From positions 4,192,001 through 4,256,000 of the forward strand of contig OZ252299.1 of NCBI GenBank assembly GCA_965250285.1: a stretch of DNA of 64,000 nucleotides, in the 5' to 3' direction. Numbering within the stretch: position 1 is the first letter of the stretch; every line of letters starts with the position of its first letter. The notes beneath the pieces are model-generated. The model made no database searches. It was not told the DNA's origin and worked only from the letters and a program-made list of their open reading frames with translations. Below are positions 9,725 to 19,175 of this stretch, one piece after another. Position numbers and translations under genes: made by a program. Source of the stretch: Myxococcota bacterium. GTDB taxonomy: Bacteria > Myxococcota_A > UBA9160 > UBA4427.

Positions 9725-10168
9725 CTATTCCGAAACCGGCGCAAAGGCGAAGGTCATGAGCGACTCACCGCCCTCGCCTTCGGCGAACTTCTCGATCACG
9801 AGCTCCATCGTCTGGCCGATCGCGAGCGCGTCGGGGTCCGCCGTCGTCAGACGCCCCTCGACCCGCACGCCTTCGGGCAGCTCGACGTAGCCGACGCCGA
9901 AGGGCTCGAAGGTCTTCGGGTCGCCGATGTACGGGTGCGGCGGCGGAAACCGCTGGATCGTCCAGGTCCACAGCACCCCCCGCGGCGAGAGCAGGATCTC
10001 TTCGATCGACTCGCTGGCGCACGCCGGGCAGCTCGACTGCGCAGGGAACGCCACCTCGCCGCAGCTCTGGCACCGGCTCGCGATCAGCCGGGGCGAGGCG
10101 CTCGGCCAGGTGTAGAGCCCCTCGGCGATCGGGCGCTCAGCAGGCGGATTCAGGGCTTGCTCGGGCAT
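9725..10168 (-). CDS. Zn-ribbon/OB-fold protein (DUF35 family), thiolase partner
   Basis: CQSC...CPAC zinc ribbon followed by GVLWTWT...PFGVGYVEL OB fold. Confidence 0.9.
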   Translation of the reverse strand: MPEQALNPPAERPIAEGLYTWPSASPRLIASRCQSCGEVAFPAQSSCPACASESIEEILLSPRGVLWTWTIQRFPPPHPYIGDPKTFEPFGVGYVELPEGVRVEGRLTTADPDALAIGQTMELVIEKFAEGEGGESLMTFAFAPVSE

Positions 10169-10187
10169 ATTTGACGCTCCGTCAGAT
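10169..10187. promoter_or_regulatory. Imperfect palindrome ATTTGACG-ctc-CGTCAGAT over the RBS of the DUF35-thiolase operon; candidate repressor site
   Basis: 8-bp inverted repeat with one mismatch, directly upstream of ATG 10168. Confidence 0.4.
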
Positions 10188-10340
10188 TTGGCAGACTAGC
10201 ACGATTCCGGTGCAGCGAGTCGATCGTCGCGGCCCGAAACGGCCCGCTCCCGGGTTGCCCGCGCGCGCCGACCGGGCGACGTTGGCGCGCGCCCGCTCGA
10301 CCGCCCCGGCGCGCTCGGCGGCAGAGCAGACAGGACGCAC

Positions 10341-12278
10341 ATGCGAGTCACGCTCAAGGATCGGATCCGCTTCGCGCTCGAGGGCTGGCTGCTCGGCGGC
10401 CTCGGCCATCGGCTCCTCTTCGCGGCCGCAATCGTGCTCGGCGTCGCCGTCGGCGCGGGGCTGCTGCTCTCGACGGTCGATCCCGAGTTCACGCCCGACG
10501 CAGCGATCTGGTGGGCGTTCCTTCGACTCACCGACCCCGGCTATCTCGGCGACGATCAGGGCGTCGCGCGGCGCATCATCGCAACGGTGGTGACGGTGCT
10601 CGGCTATCTGCTCTTTCTGGGCCTGCTGATCGCGATCCTCACCCAGTGGCTCGACGACATGATCGAACGGCTCGAGGCCGGCGTCACGCCGGTCGGCATG
10701 AGCGACCACGTGCTCGTGCTCGGCTGGAGCCAGCGCACGCCGACGATCGTCCGGCACCTGCTCGAAACGCGGAATCGTGTCGCCCGGTTTCTCGCGCGCC
10801 ACGGCGCCAGTCAGCTTCGTATCGTCGTGCTCGCCGAGAGCGTCGACGCCGAGATCTCGCGCGAGCTGCGTGAGCGCGTCGGCGCGGCGTGGGACGATCG
10901 CCAGGTCACGCTGCGCGCCGGCAGCCCGCTGCGACTCGACCACCTCGAACGCGTCGCGTTCGCCGAGGCCGCCGTGATCATCGTGCCGCGGGGTGACGAT
11001 CGCGACGCACCGCTGCGCATCCTCGACGCCGAGACCGTCAAGACGCTGCGCGCGCTTGCCGTGCACGGGCACGGGGGCCCTGCCGAGCTGCCTGCGGTCG
11101 TCGCCGAGCTCGGCTCGGGCCAGAGCGCGCCCGTGGCTCGCAGTGCGTACGCGGGCCGCTGCGAGACCATCGCGGCCGACGAGATCGTCGGGCACCTGAT
11201 CGCCCAGAGCGTGATCCAGCACGGCGTCTTCCACGTCCTGCGCGAGCTGCTGACGCTGAATACGGGCAACGCGATCTTCGTGCGTCGCTTCGAGGGCGAC
11301 CGGGCGACCGACATCGACGAGCTTCGCCGCGACGTCGAGCGCGCGATCCCGATCGGCTTCGTTCGGGCAGGGGAGCGCGAGCCGTGCCTGAATCCTCCCG
11401 GTGACGTACCGATCCAGCCGAGCGACACCGTCGTGTACGTCGCGCGGCACCACGAAGACTGCACCCTGAAGCCGAGCGATCGCCCGCTCGTGCATCACGT
11501 GGGGCGCACGCTCTCCGTGCCCGAAGCCGACGAGACGTGTCGCATCCTGATCCTCGGCTGGAGCCGCAAGGTGCCGGCCCTGCTCTACGAGCTCGCCCGC
11601 TACGGCTCGGAGGTGTTCGACGTGCACATCGTCTCGTCGAAACCGATCGAAGAGCGCGAGCAGACGCTCGAAGCCTATGGCGCGACGATGGCCCGCGAAC
11701 GGGTACGGCACTCGCAGCTCAGCACGATCGCCATCAGCACCCTCAACGCGCTCGAGCCCGAGCACTACGATCACATCATCATGATGGCGAGCGAGCAGCT
11801 CGACGGATCCGATCAGACCGACGCTGCGACCGTCTTCGCGCACCAGGTGCTCTCGACCCGGCTGCCCGATGGCCCCGATCGACCGCACGTCTTCATCGAG
11901 CTGCTCGGCGAGGCCGACCTCTTTCTGTTCGATCGCGACGTCGACGACGTCATCGTGAGCCCGAGCGTGGCCAGCTACCTGGTCTCGCAGGTCGCGCTGC
12001 GACCCGAGCTGCGCGGCATCTTCAACCATCTGACCGAGCCGTGGGGCTCCCAGATCGTCGAGCATCGCGCCGACAGCTGGCTCGCGTGCGATGGCGCGGA
12101 GACGGCGTTCAGCGACATCGAGCGCATCGCGGCCGAGCGGGGGCAGATCGCGCTGGGGGTGCACCTCGAGCGTGACGGTCTGCAGCTGAACCCCGATCGC
12201 GACTCGACCTGGGCGCTGCGACCGACCGACCACATCGTCACGCTCGCGACCTTCCTCGAGCCCGACGCGCCGACCTGA
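10341..12278 (+). CDS. CASTOR/POLLUX(DMI1)-like cation channel with tandem RCK domains
   Basis: TM-pore-TM (WWAFLRLTDPGYLGDD); RCK1 DHVLVLGWS; LNPP; RCK2 RILILGWS; C-terminal LQLNPDR. Confidence 0.8.
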   Translation: MRVTLKDRIRFALEGWLLGGLGHRLLFAAAIVLGVAVGAGLLLSTVDPEFTPDAAIWWAFLRLTDPGYLGDDQGVARRIIATVVTVLGYLLFLGLLIAILTQWLDDMIERLEAGVTPVGMSDHVLVLGWSQRTPTIVRHLLETRNRVARFLARHGASQLRIVVLAESVDAEISRELRERVGAAWDDRQVTLRAGSPLRLDHLERVAFAEAAVIIVPRGDDRDAPLRILDAETVKTLRALAVHGHGGPAELPAVVAELGSGQSAPVARSAYAGRCETIAADEIVGHLIAQSVIQHGVFHVLRELLTLNTGNAIFVRRFEGDRATDIDELRRDVERAIPIGFVRAGEREPCLNPPGDVPIQPSDTVVYVARHHEDCTLKPSDRPLVHHVGRTLSVPEADETCRILILGWSRKVPALLYELARYGSEVFDVHIVSSKPIEEREQTLEAYGATMARERVRHSQLSTIAISTLNALEPEHYDHIIMMASEQLDGSDQTDAATVFAHQVLSTRLPDGPDRPHVFIELLGEADLFLFDRDVDDVIVSPSVASYLVSQVALRPELRGIFNHLTEPWGSQIVEHRADSWLACDGAETAFSDIERIAAERGQIALGVHLERDGLQLNPDRDSTWALRPTDHIVTLATFLEPDAPT

Positions 12279-12284
12279 CCCGAG

Positions 12285-13325
12285 CTAGACCGCCGTCGTT
12301 CGCGACGTCACGGGGCCGGCGATGCCACGCAGCAGCCGGCCGAGGATGTCCGAACCGGTGATGATGCGGCGATCCTCGGTCCATACCAGGATCACGTCGT
12401 GATCGACCACGTCATCGCCCTCGTACTCGCGGTCGACCCGAAACGCCGGCAGCGCGTCTTCGAGGGTGGCGCGCGGATCGTCGACCACGATCGGTACGTG
12501 ACAGAACGCTTCGACCGGACGCGGTGAGGGACGAAGCAGCGCTTCGCGCAAGAAGCCATCCGCATCGAGGATGCGCAGCGGTCGACCCGCCGTCGACGTC
12601 ACGACGACCCACTTCTGGCCCGACGCCTCGAGCTGCTGCAGGAACGGATCGTTCGCGACGTGTGCGTAGCTCGGGAACACCGGCGCGCCGTTCTCCGCGG
12701 GCAGCTCGATCACGCTCATCGGGTCGAGGGGCTCGCCCTCCTCGGTCACGTGCAGGTCATCGAGCGCCATGAAGTTGAGCGCGCCGATGCCCTCGACGCG
12801 CGACACCTCGCTCTCGGACGAAGCGATGAAGCGCTTGACCGTCTCGCGCAGCTCGTTCTCGGTCATGTAGTCGATGCTCTCGCCCCCGATCCAAGCGTCG
12901 AGAAAGAGCGCCGTGGGCTTCGCGATTGGAAACAGCATCAGCTGCCAGAAGCGCAGAAACGGTCGCGTGAGCGTCGCCATTCGGAGCGCGTGCCGCGAGA
13001 AGTAGGCCTGGGGGATGATCTCACCCCCGAACGTGATCGCGAAGGTCGAGAAGAAGAAGCTCGCCGCCCCCGCGAGCACCGACTCGGTGAGCAGGGTCAG
13101 CATGACGTTCGTCGCGACGTTGCCCCAGAGCACGGTCGCGAGCAGGAAGTTCGAGTCGCGGCGCAGCTCGAGCAGCCGGGCGGCGTCGGCGTTGCCGGCG
13201 GCCGCGAGCGCCTCGAGCTGGAGGGCGCTGATGCCGAAGAGCGAGATGTTCAGCCCCGAGAAGCCTCCCGACTGCAGCACGCACAGCACGATCCCGCCCC
13301 AAGTCAACGCGGTCGTCGCGTCCAT
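12285..13325 (-). CDS. CNNM/DUF21 transmembrane domain protein
   Basis: SGGFSGLNISLF, LATVLWGNVATN, GEIIPQAY; start ATG 13325 with AGGAGG RBS. Confidence 0.85.
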   Translation of the reverse strand: MDATTALTWGGIVLCVLQSGGFSGLNISLFGISALQLEALAAAGNADAARLLELRRDSNFLLATVLWGNVATNVMLTLLTESVLAGAASFFFSTFAITFGGEIIPQAYFSRHALRMATLTRPFLRFWQLMLFPIAKPTALFLDAWIGGESIDYMTENELRETVKRFIASSESEVSRVEGIGALNFMALDDLHVTEEGEPLDPMSVIELPAENGAPVFPSYAHVANDPFLQQLEASGQKWVVVTSTAGRPLRILDADGFLREALLRPSPRPVEAFCHVPIVVDDPRATLEDALPAFRVDREYEGDDVVDHDVILVWTEDRRIITGSDILGRLLRGIAGPVTSRTTAV

Positions 13326-13526
13326 TCGAGCACCTCCTGGCCCCAGACCCTGCCGGGGGGCTCCCGCCCCCGCAAGCCGACCCCTGCTCGCACGCGGCGC
13401 GGCCGGCCGCACACCTACGGGGCCCCGCGACGATGGGCGATGCGAGCACTAGAATGGGCGCCTCGCCGGCGGGCGCCGCCCCCGGCCTCTCGGTCCACTT
13501 CGACGCAACCCCAGGAGCCCGCCCCC

Positions 13527-14039
13527 ATGCCCACCGCCACCGAGCAGGAAGCCCTCGACACGTACGCCCGCTTCGTCGCCCAGCGCGACGAGGTCGATGA
13601 GGGCACACGCGGCTGGGCCGATCTCGCCGACTTCTTCACCGAGGACGCCGCCTACATCGATCCGGCGTGGGGACGCATCGAAGGCCGCGAGGGCATCCGG
13701 AAGTTCTTCGTCGACTCGATGGCCGGGCTGACCGGCCACGGCTGGGAGACACCCGAGAACTGGACGATGGTCGACGGCCACCGCCTCGTCAGTCAGTGGG
13801 ATCAGATCCTCGGTCGAAAGGAGAGCGGCGAGCCGTGGCTCGTGCCGGGCCTGTCGATCCTCTACTACGCCGGCGACGGCCTCTTCTGCTACAGCCACGA
13901 CATGCTGAACATGACGCACATCGGGCAGACGATGCGCGACATGCAGTGGCGTCCGCCCACCGAGATGGTCTTCCCGCCCAAGGTCGTGAACCGCGACGTG
14001 TCGCTGCCCGAGGCATGGGCGCACCTGGCGAAGGGCTAG
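13527..14039 (+). CDS. NTF2/SnoaL-like family protein
   Basis: ATG 13527 with [30 protein letters not shown] motif. Confidence 0.8.
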   Translation: MPTATEQEALDTYARFVAQRDEVDEGTRGWADLADFFTEDAAYIDPAWGRIEGREGIRKFFVDSMAGLTGHGWETPENWTMVDGHRLVSQWDQILGRKESGEPWLVPGLSILYYAGDGLFCYSHDMLNMTHIGQTMRDMQWRPPTEMVFPPKVVNRDVSLPEAWAHLAKG

Positions 14040-14049
14040 TGCCCGCCTG

Positions 14050-15384
14050 ATGTCGCACCCGAGCAAAGACAAGGCAGCGCCGAAGATCGGCTTCGCGAGC
14101 CTCGGCTGCCCGAAGGCCCTCGTCGACAGCGAGCGCATCCTGACGCAACTGCGCGCCGAAGGGTACGAGACCGTCGGTGGCTTCGAAGAGGCCGATCTCG
14201 TCGTGGTCAACACGTGCGGGTTCATCACGAGCGCCGTCGAAGAGAGCCTCGAAACCATCGGCGAGGCGATCGCCGAGAACGGCCGCGTCGTCGTGACCGG
14301 CTGCCTCGGCGCCGAACCCGAGAAGATCGAAGCGATCCACCCGAGCGTGCTGTCGATCAGCGGCCCGGCCGACTACGAGTCGGTGATCGGCGCAGTGCAC
14401 GAGCACTTGCCGCCGGCGCACGACCCCTTTCTCGACCTGCTGCCGCCCCAGGGCGTGAAGCTCACGCCGAAGCACTACGCCTACGTGAAGATCAGCGAAG
14501 GCTGCAACCATCGCTGTCGCTTCTGCATCATCCCTTCGATGCGCGGCGATCTCGTGAGCCGCCCGATCGACGACGTGATGCGCGAGGCCGAGCGCCTCGT
14601 CGCGGGCGGCGTGCGTGAGCTGCTCGTGATCTCGCAGGACACGAGCGCGTACGGCGTCGACGTGAAGCACACCGAGCACGAGTGGGGCGGACGCGCGTGG
14701 CGCACCCACGTGGTCGATCTCGCCGAAGCGCTCGGCGAGCTCGGCGTGTGGGTGCGACTGCACTACGTCTACCCGTATCCGCACGTCGATCGATTGATCC
14801 CGCTGATGGCCGAGCAGCGGATCCTGCCCTACCTCGACATTCCGTTTCAGCACGCGAGCCCCGCTGTGCTCGCACGGATGCGCCGCCCGGCGCACGCCGC
14901 GAAGACCCTCGAGCGCATCCACGCATGGCGGGCCGAGGTGCCCGAGCTCTCGATTCGCAGCACGTTCATCGTCGGCTTCCCCGGCGAGACCGACGCCGAC
15001 TTCGAGCTGCTGCTCGAATGGCTCGACGAGGCGCAGCTCGACCGGGTCGGCTGCTTCCCCTACTCACCGGTCGACGGCGCAGCGGCGAACGATCTCGACG
15101 GCGCCGTCCCCGAAGCGCTCAGACAGGAGCGCTGGGAGCGCTTCATGGAGCGCGCTTCGGCGATCAGCGCCGCGCGACTCGGCGCGAAGGTCGGGCAGAC
15201 GATGCAGGTGCTCGTCGATGGCCGCGAGGGCGACGTCGTGGTCGCCCGGACGCCCGGCGACGCGCCCGAGATCGACGGCATCGTCCGGATCCGCGGCGAC
15301 GAAGAGCTGGGTGCCGGTGACTTCGTCGACGTCGAGATCACCGGCAGCGACACCTACGACCTCGACGCACGCATCATCGACTGA
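14050..15384 (+). CDS. rimO: Ribosomal protein S12 methylthiotransferase
   Basis: [20 protein letters not shown], radical [23 protein letters not shown] end DAPEIDG...YDL. Confidence 0.96.
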   Translation: MSHPSKDKAAPKIGFASLGCPKALVDSERILTQLRAEGYETVGGFEEADLVVVNTCGFITSAVEESLETIGEAIAENGRVVVTGCLGAEPEKIEAIHPSVLSISGPADYESVIGAVHEHLPPAHDPFLDLLPPQGVKLTPKHYAYVKISEGCNHRCRFCIIPSMRGDLVSRPIDDVMREAERLVAGGVRELLVISQDTSAYGVDVKHTEHEWGGRAWRTHVVDLAEALGELGVWVRLHYVYPYPHVDRLIPLMAEQRILPYLDIPFQHASPAVLARMRRPAHAAKTLERIHAWRAEVPELSIRSTFIVGFPGETDADFELLLEWLDEAQLDRVGCFPYSPVDGAAANDLDGAVPEALRQERWERFMERASAISAARLGAKVGQTMQVLVDGREGDVVVARTPGDAPEIDGIVRIRGDEELGAGDFVDVEITGSDTYDLDARIID

Positions 15385-15401
15385 AAGCGAAGCCCGCGGG
15401 C

Positions 15402-15821
15402 TCAACGCCGGGCGTCTGGCTTGGCCAGGATCACGCTTCGCACGGCCGCCGGGTCGCGCAGCGGCTTCACGCGCGCGGCACCGACTTCTTCACGCGTGAT
15501 CGGGGGCACCACCTCGACGCCGCCATACGTCGCGACGACCCAGTTGAGCAGCCTGGCCAGGCGCGCATCGTCGAGTGGCGCCTGGGCCGCACCCGGGACG
15601 CGCATCAGATAGTCACGGCCGCCCGGTCGCGTCGCGATCTCGCCGACGGCGCCGAGCCCCGGCACCACGCCGCCTACCCCTGCGCCATCGGATCCGTGAC
15701 AGGCCGAGCAATGGAGCACGTAATCCTCGTCGACCGGGGGCGACTCGGCCGCGGCGACCCAGGGCATGAGCCCCACCATCACGCCGAGAAGAGCGCGGGC
15801 GCAGCGCCCGAGCCGCGTCAC
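15402..15821 (-). CDS. Periplasmic monoheme cytochrome c in the amine dehydrogenase operon
   Basis: GTG 15821 overlaps the mauA stop (GTGA); signal peptide ending AAA-E; CSACH; GRDYLMRVPG. Confidence 0.8.
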   Translation of the reverse strand: MTRLGRCARALLGVMVGLMPWVAAAESPPVDEDYVLHCSACHGSDGAGVGGVVPGLGAVGEIATRPGGRDYLMRVPGAAQAPLDDARLARLLNWVVATYGGVEVVPPITREEVGAARVKPLRDPAAVRSVILAKPDARR

Positions 15822-16369
15822 TTCTCGGGCTGCCCTTCGGTCGCGACCCCGAGCACGATCGCCACCGAGCAGTGGTAGGTCTGCACCTCGGCACCCGCGC
15901 ACCAGTTGATGTCGTTGCTGCGGAACCAGTGGTAGTCGGGCCGCTCGCCCTCGTTGCGGTTGCACATGCAGCGACCGCAGAACGACTTGCCGCAGCAGTC
16001 GTTGTACGAGATCAGGTAGTCGCGATCGTCGGCCGGATTGCGGCACGTGCCGACCCACGTCACCGGGCTCGTCTCGGTGCCGGGCGGACACTGACTGGCG
16101 CTGCCACCGCAGCACGCGCACGCGAAGCCGTCGATGCCGCAGTGGCGCCAGTAGTCGCAGCGCGTCTCGTCCCCGGCGTCGCCGTCCGGCTCTGGGGCAT
16201 CGACGCTCGCTGGCGCCGAGCCCCCGGCTCGCGCCACGGGCAACATCGGCATCACCGTGCCGCCGGCCATCACCGCGCCCAGCCGCGCGAGAAAGCTCCG
16301 TCGTCCGAGTCCGCGCGCGAGCCCACGCGACGATCGCTCGACCCACACGTCCAGTCGGCTGCGCTTCAT
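15818..16369 (-). CDS. mauA: TTQ amine dehydrogenase small subunit (MauA/AauA type)
   Basis: Tat motif GRRSFL; CDYWRHCGIDGFACACCGG, TTQ Trp in TWVGTC, catalytic Asp in YNDCC, second Trp in NDINWC, TYHC. Confidence 0.95.
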   Translation of the reverse strand: MKRSRLDVWVERSSRGLARGLGRRSFLARLGAVMAGGTVMPMLPVARAGGSAPASVDAPEPDGDAGDETRCDYWRHCGIDGFACACCGGSASQCPPGTETSPVTWVGTCRNPADDRDYLISYNDCCGKSFCGRCMCNRNEGERPDYHWFRSNDINWCAGAEVQTYHCSVAIVLGVATEGQPEK

Positions 16370-17052
16370 TCGACCTTCTCCTGTCGCCGGGGCATCTCGT
16401 GCAGCGAGATCACCCGGCCGGGCTCGTCTTCGACTCGGCCCGATTCGTCGCTCGACCCCGCGAGGCTGCGCTCGGCCATGTGATCCTGGATCGTGGCGAC
16501 GCCCGTATCGTCGGCGACGAAGAGGCTCTCGAGGTGCTCGCGCGAGTTCACGAGCCCGCGCGAGCGCAGCGTGCCCTGCCCGTCGATCAACACCGCCGTC
16601 GGGAGCTTGGCGACCTGATACGCCAGACCGAGATCGGTCGAGACGAGATAGGGGATGCCCTCGAGACCATGCGACTCGACAAACGCCCGGTGCGACGCGA
16701 GCGTGCCCCCGTCGCTCGCGAGCAGCAGACGCACCTCGTTCGCCTCGTCGCGCACGACCTTGCGAAGCGTCGGCAGCAGCGAGTCACAGACCGGACAGGT
16801 GGGCGAGAGAAAGAAGAGCAGCGTCCGCGGGCCTGCGCCGCCGACCCGCACCGGCTGCCCATCGAGGTCGGTTACCTCGAGCTCGGGCGCGGGCTCACCG
16901 ACCTGCGGCCCCTGCGCGTGCATCAGCGCCCCGACCGGCGCGATGCGCTCGTGGAGCAGACCGATCTGCCGCGCGAGCGCCGCGACGACGCAGCCGAGGA
17001 CGACCACGATCAGCCAGAGCAGCCCATTCGAGACGAGGATCGCTTCGTTCAT
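16366..17052 (-). CDS. mauD: Amine dehydrogenase accessory thioredoxin-fold protein
   Basis: ALARQIGLLHERIAPVGAL, FFLSPTCPVC, RGLVNSREHLESL; ATG overlaps the mauE stop. Confidence 0.93.
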   Translation of the reverse strand: MNEAILVSNGLLWLIVVVLGCVVAALARQIGLLHERIAPVGALMHAQGPQVGEPAPELEVTDLDGQPVRVGGAGPRTLLFFLSPTCPVCDSLLPTLRKVVRDEANEVRLLLASDGGTLASHRAFVESHGLEGIPYLVSTDLGLAYQVAKLPTAVLIDGQGTLRSRGLVNSREHLESLFVADDTGVATIQDHMAERSLAGSSDESGRVEDEPGRVISLHEMPRRQEKVE

Positions 17053-17627
17053 CGCAAACCGCCCCGCTGTGCCGGCGCGACCGGGGTCGCGGCGAGCGTG
17101 TGAATCGACGTCCAGACGAGGGCGAGGGCCGCCCAGCCGCCGACGAGAGAGAGCGCGTCGAACCAGTGGAGGGCGCGCCCCGACGCCGGGAGCACCGCGA
17201 GGCTCGTCGCGGCGAAGGCCAGCACCGCGTTGCGCACGAGCAGCCAGGGGCCGATCCGCACCGAGCCGCCAGCGGGGCCCAGGCACCCGCAGTCGATGTC
17301 GCGGCGACCGCGGGCGAGATTGATCGAGATGGCCGTCGCGTACAGCGCGAGCAGGCCGACGGCGACGCACGCCGTCACCACGCCTCCCACCGAAGCCGGG
17401 CCGAAGCCCGTGAGGACGAAGCCGACGGCCACGGTGGCCTCGGCCCCCGATACGCCGAGTGCGACGCCCCGCGCCCAGCCCGTCGGCACCACTGCGTAGT
17501 CGGCGATCGTCTGCGCCGCCGCGCCGAGGTCGCTCGCCTTGTGCCACGCGGCCTGGGCGAAGACGCCGGCCAGAGCCAGCCGCAGCAGCCAGCCGATCAT
17601 CGGGTCGAGGTCGATGGGCGGCGTCAC
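17049..17627 (-). CDS. mauE: Amine dehydrogenase membrane maturation protein
   Basis: Several TM segments; INLARGRRDIDCGCLG; LLVRN; GTG overlaps the mauB stop. Confidence 0.92.
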   Translation of the reverse strand: MTPPIDLDPMIGWLLRLALAGVFAQAAWHKASDLGAAAQTIADYAVVPTGWARGVALGVSGAEATVAVGFVLTGFGPASVGGVVTACVAVGLLALYATAISINLARGRRDIDCGCLGPAGGSVRIGPWLLVRNAVLAFAATSLAVLPASGRALHWFDALSLVGGWAALALVWTSIHTLAATPVAPAQRGGLR

Positions 17628-18982
17628 GGCGTCTCCAATCGAGAGCCGCCGAGGCCCACCTGCGACAGGTCGCGTAGATGCTCGCCGGTCAGGCCGTCGA
17701 GCACCGAGACCGAGCCGCGCTCCGAGTTGCGCACGAACACGCGCGGCGCGTCGTCGCTCGAGACGGTGATCGTATCGGCACCTTCGCGGGGGATCAGCGT
17801 CTGCAGCAGCCAGGGCACGAAGCCATCCGGACCGATCTCGAGCATGTCGATCAGGAACGCCGCGGTGAAGTTCGGCAGCTCGACGCGCGCGACCCGCTCG
17901 CGGCCGACCGTGTCGAAGATCCACATCTCGGGCCCGGGATCCTTATGGGTGCCCGGCCCCCCCTGATGGAAGAGCACGTAGAGACGACCGGTCGGGGCGT
18001 TTGCCGCCAGCAGCTGGCGTCCGCCGGGCCGCCAACCGGCCTTCGCCTCGGCCTCGTCGACGAGCGACCAGCTGTCGACGGTCGGCGCGCGCCCCGGTGC
18101 GCCGGCGAAGTCGACGCCGTGAATCGCACCCGAGAAGGTCGGGAAGTACCAGACGTCGCCGATGCGGCCGGCGGCGAGCATCGCCGGATCGTTCACCGCG
18201 TCGAAGAAGGGCTCGCTCGCGACGTCGGCGACGAGCTGGCCGGCTTCGTCGAATGCATAGACGTGCACGGTGCCATTGCCGCAGAGCATCGCGAAGGCCC
18301 GCGGGCCGACGGGATAGATGCCAGCACAGCCGGCGGTCGGCAGCTGGTTCAGGTAGGCCCGCTGCTCGAGGTCGATGATCGTGACACCGGTGACCGGAAA
18401 CTGGTTGAACACCGCCAGGTAGCGATCGCCGTCGAGCAGCGCGGTGTAGGCCAGCGACGCGGCGCTCTCGCTCGCGCGCGTCGGAAAGACGATGTCGCCC
18501 TTCACCTCGAGGGTCTCGTCGTCGTAGATCGTCACGAAGTCGGTGCGGCGACCGCGGCGACCGCGGTCGTAGACGATCTCGACCGAGTAGAACTCGCGCC
18601 GGTCGGGCGCATAGAGCGGCGGCTTCGGCGAGAGGGTCGTCCCGCTGTCGATGGTGGCGACCATTTCACCGCTGTCGCCGTCGTAGAGCTGGGCGTGCAG
18701 AAGGACGGCGTCGACCACCCACACGAAGTGCGGGCCGACCGGCGGCAGCGTCGCCGAATCGAGCCGACCCACCGACGCGGCGGCGGTGCGCTCGGCGTCG
18801 GAGGCACGAGCGTTCGCAGCGAAGAACAAGAGGGCGAAGAAGAGGGCGAGGCCGACGAGCAGCCACATGAACACCCGAAGCAGACTCGGGCCGTTCGATG
18901 GCGGCCGCTTCGCCAGGCGCCCCGTCGCCCCGGAGCGGAGGTACGGCGGGCACGCGAACTCGGTGCCGGAGGGCTCGATCAC
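17624..18982 (-). CDS. mauB: TTQ amine dehydrogenase large (beta-propeller) subunit
   Basis: RGRRTDFVTIYD, FNQFPVTGVTIIDL, AGCAGIYP...MLCGNG, GWRPGG, HKDPGPEMW; AGGAG upstream of GTG 18982 (alternative ATG 18868). Confidence 0.9.
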   Translation of the reverse strand: MIEPSGTEFACPPYLRSGATGRLAKRPPSNGPSLLRVFMWLLVGLALFFALLFFAANARASDAERTAAASVGRLDSATLPPVGPHFVWVVDAVLLHAQLYDGDSGEMVATIDSGTTLSPKPPLYAPDRREFYSVEIVYDRGRRGRRTDFVTIYDDETLEVKGDIVFPTRASESAASLAYTALLDGDRYLAVFNQFPVTGVTIIDLEQRAYLNQLPTAGCAGIYPVGPRAFAMLCGNGTVHVYAFDEAGQLVADVASEPFFDAVNDPAMLAAGRIGDVWYFPTFSGAIHGVDFAGAPGRAPTVDSWSLVDEAEAKAGWRPGGRQLLAANAPTGRLYVLFHQGGPGTHKDPGPEMWIFDTVGRERVARVELPNFTAAFLIDMLEIGPDGFVPWLLQTLIPREGADTITVSSDDAPRVFVRNSERGSVSVLDGLTGEHLRDLSQVGLGGSRLETP

Positions 18983-19175
18983 GGACCGGTCTCCTCACGT
19001 CGGCGCACCGCGGGACGCGCGGCTCTACGGCCGGCGGCCGGGGGGCGCCTCGACCCGAGTCTAGAGCCGCGAGGCGGGCACTGCATCGCGTGCGATCGGC
19101 CCCATGAGACCCCTCGACGAGACCCGGTGCGGCCCGGCTAGACTCGGTCGCAGCTCAGACACGAGGAAGGGGGCC

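Noticed and set aside
6640..9759. 1039-aa plus-strand ORF
   Set aside because: Antisense shadow of the SDR, thpR and thiolase genes; Arg/Ala-rich with no motifs, typical of high-GC stop-codon scarcity.
14050..15384. Possible horizontal acquisition of a proteobacterial-looking rimO
   Set aside because: No compositional anomaly or mobility genes are visible, the host taxonomy is unknown, and it cannot be supported without a phylogeny.
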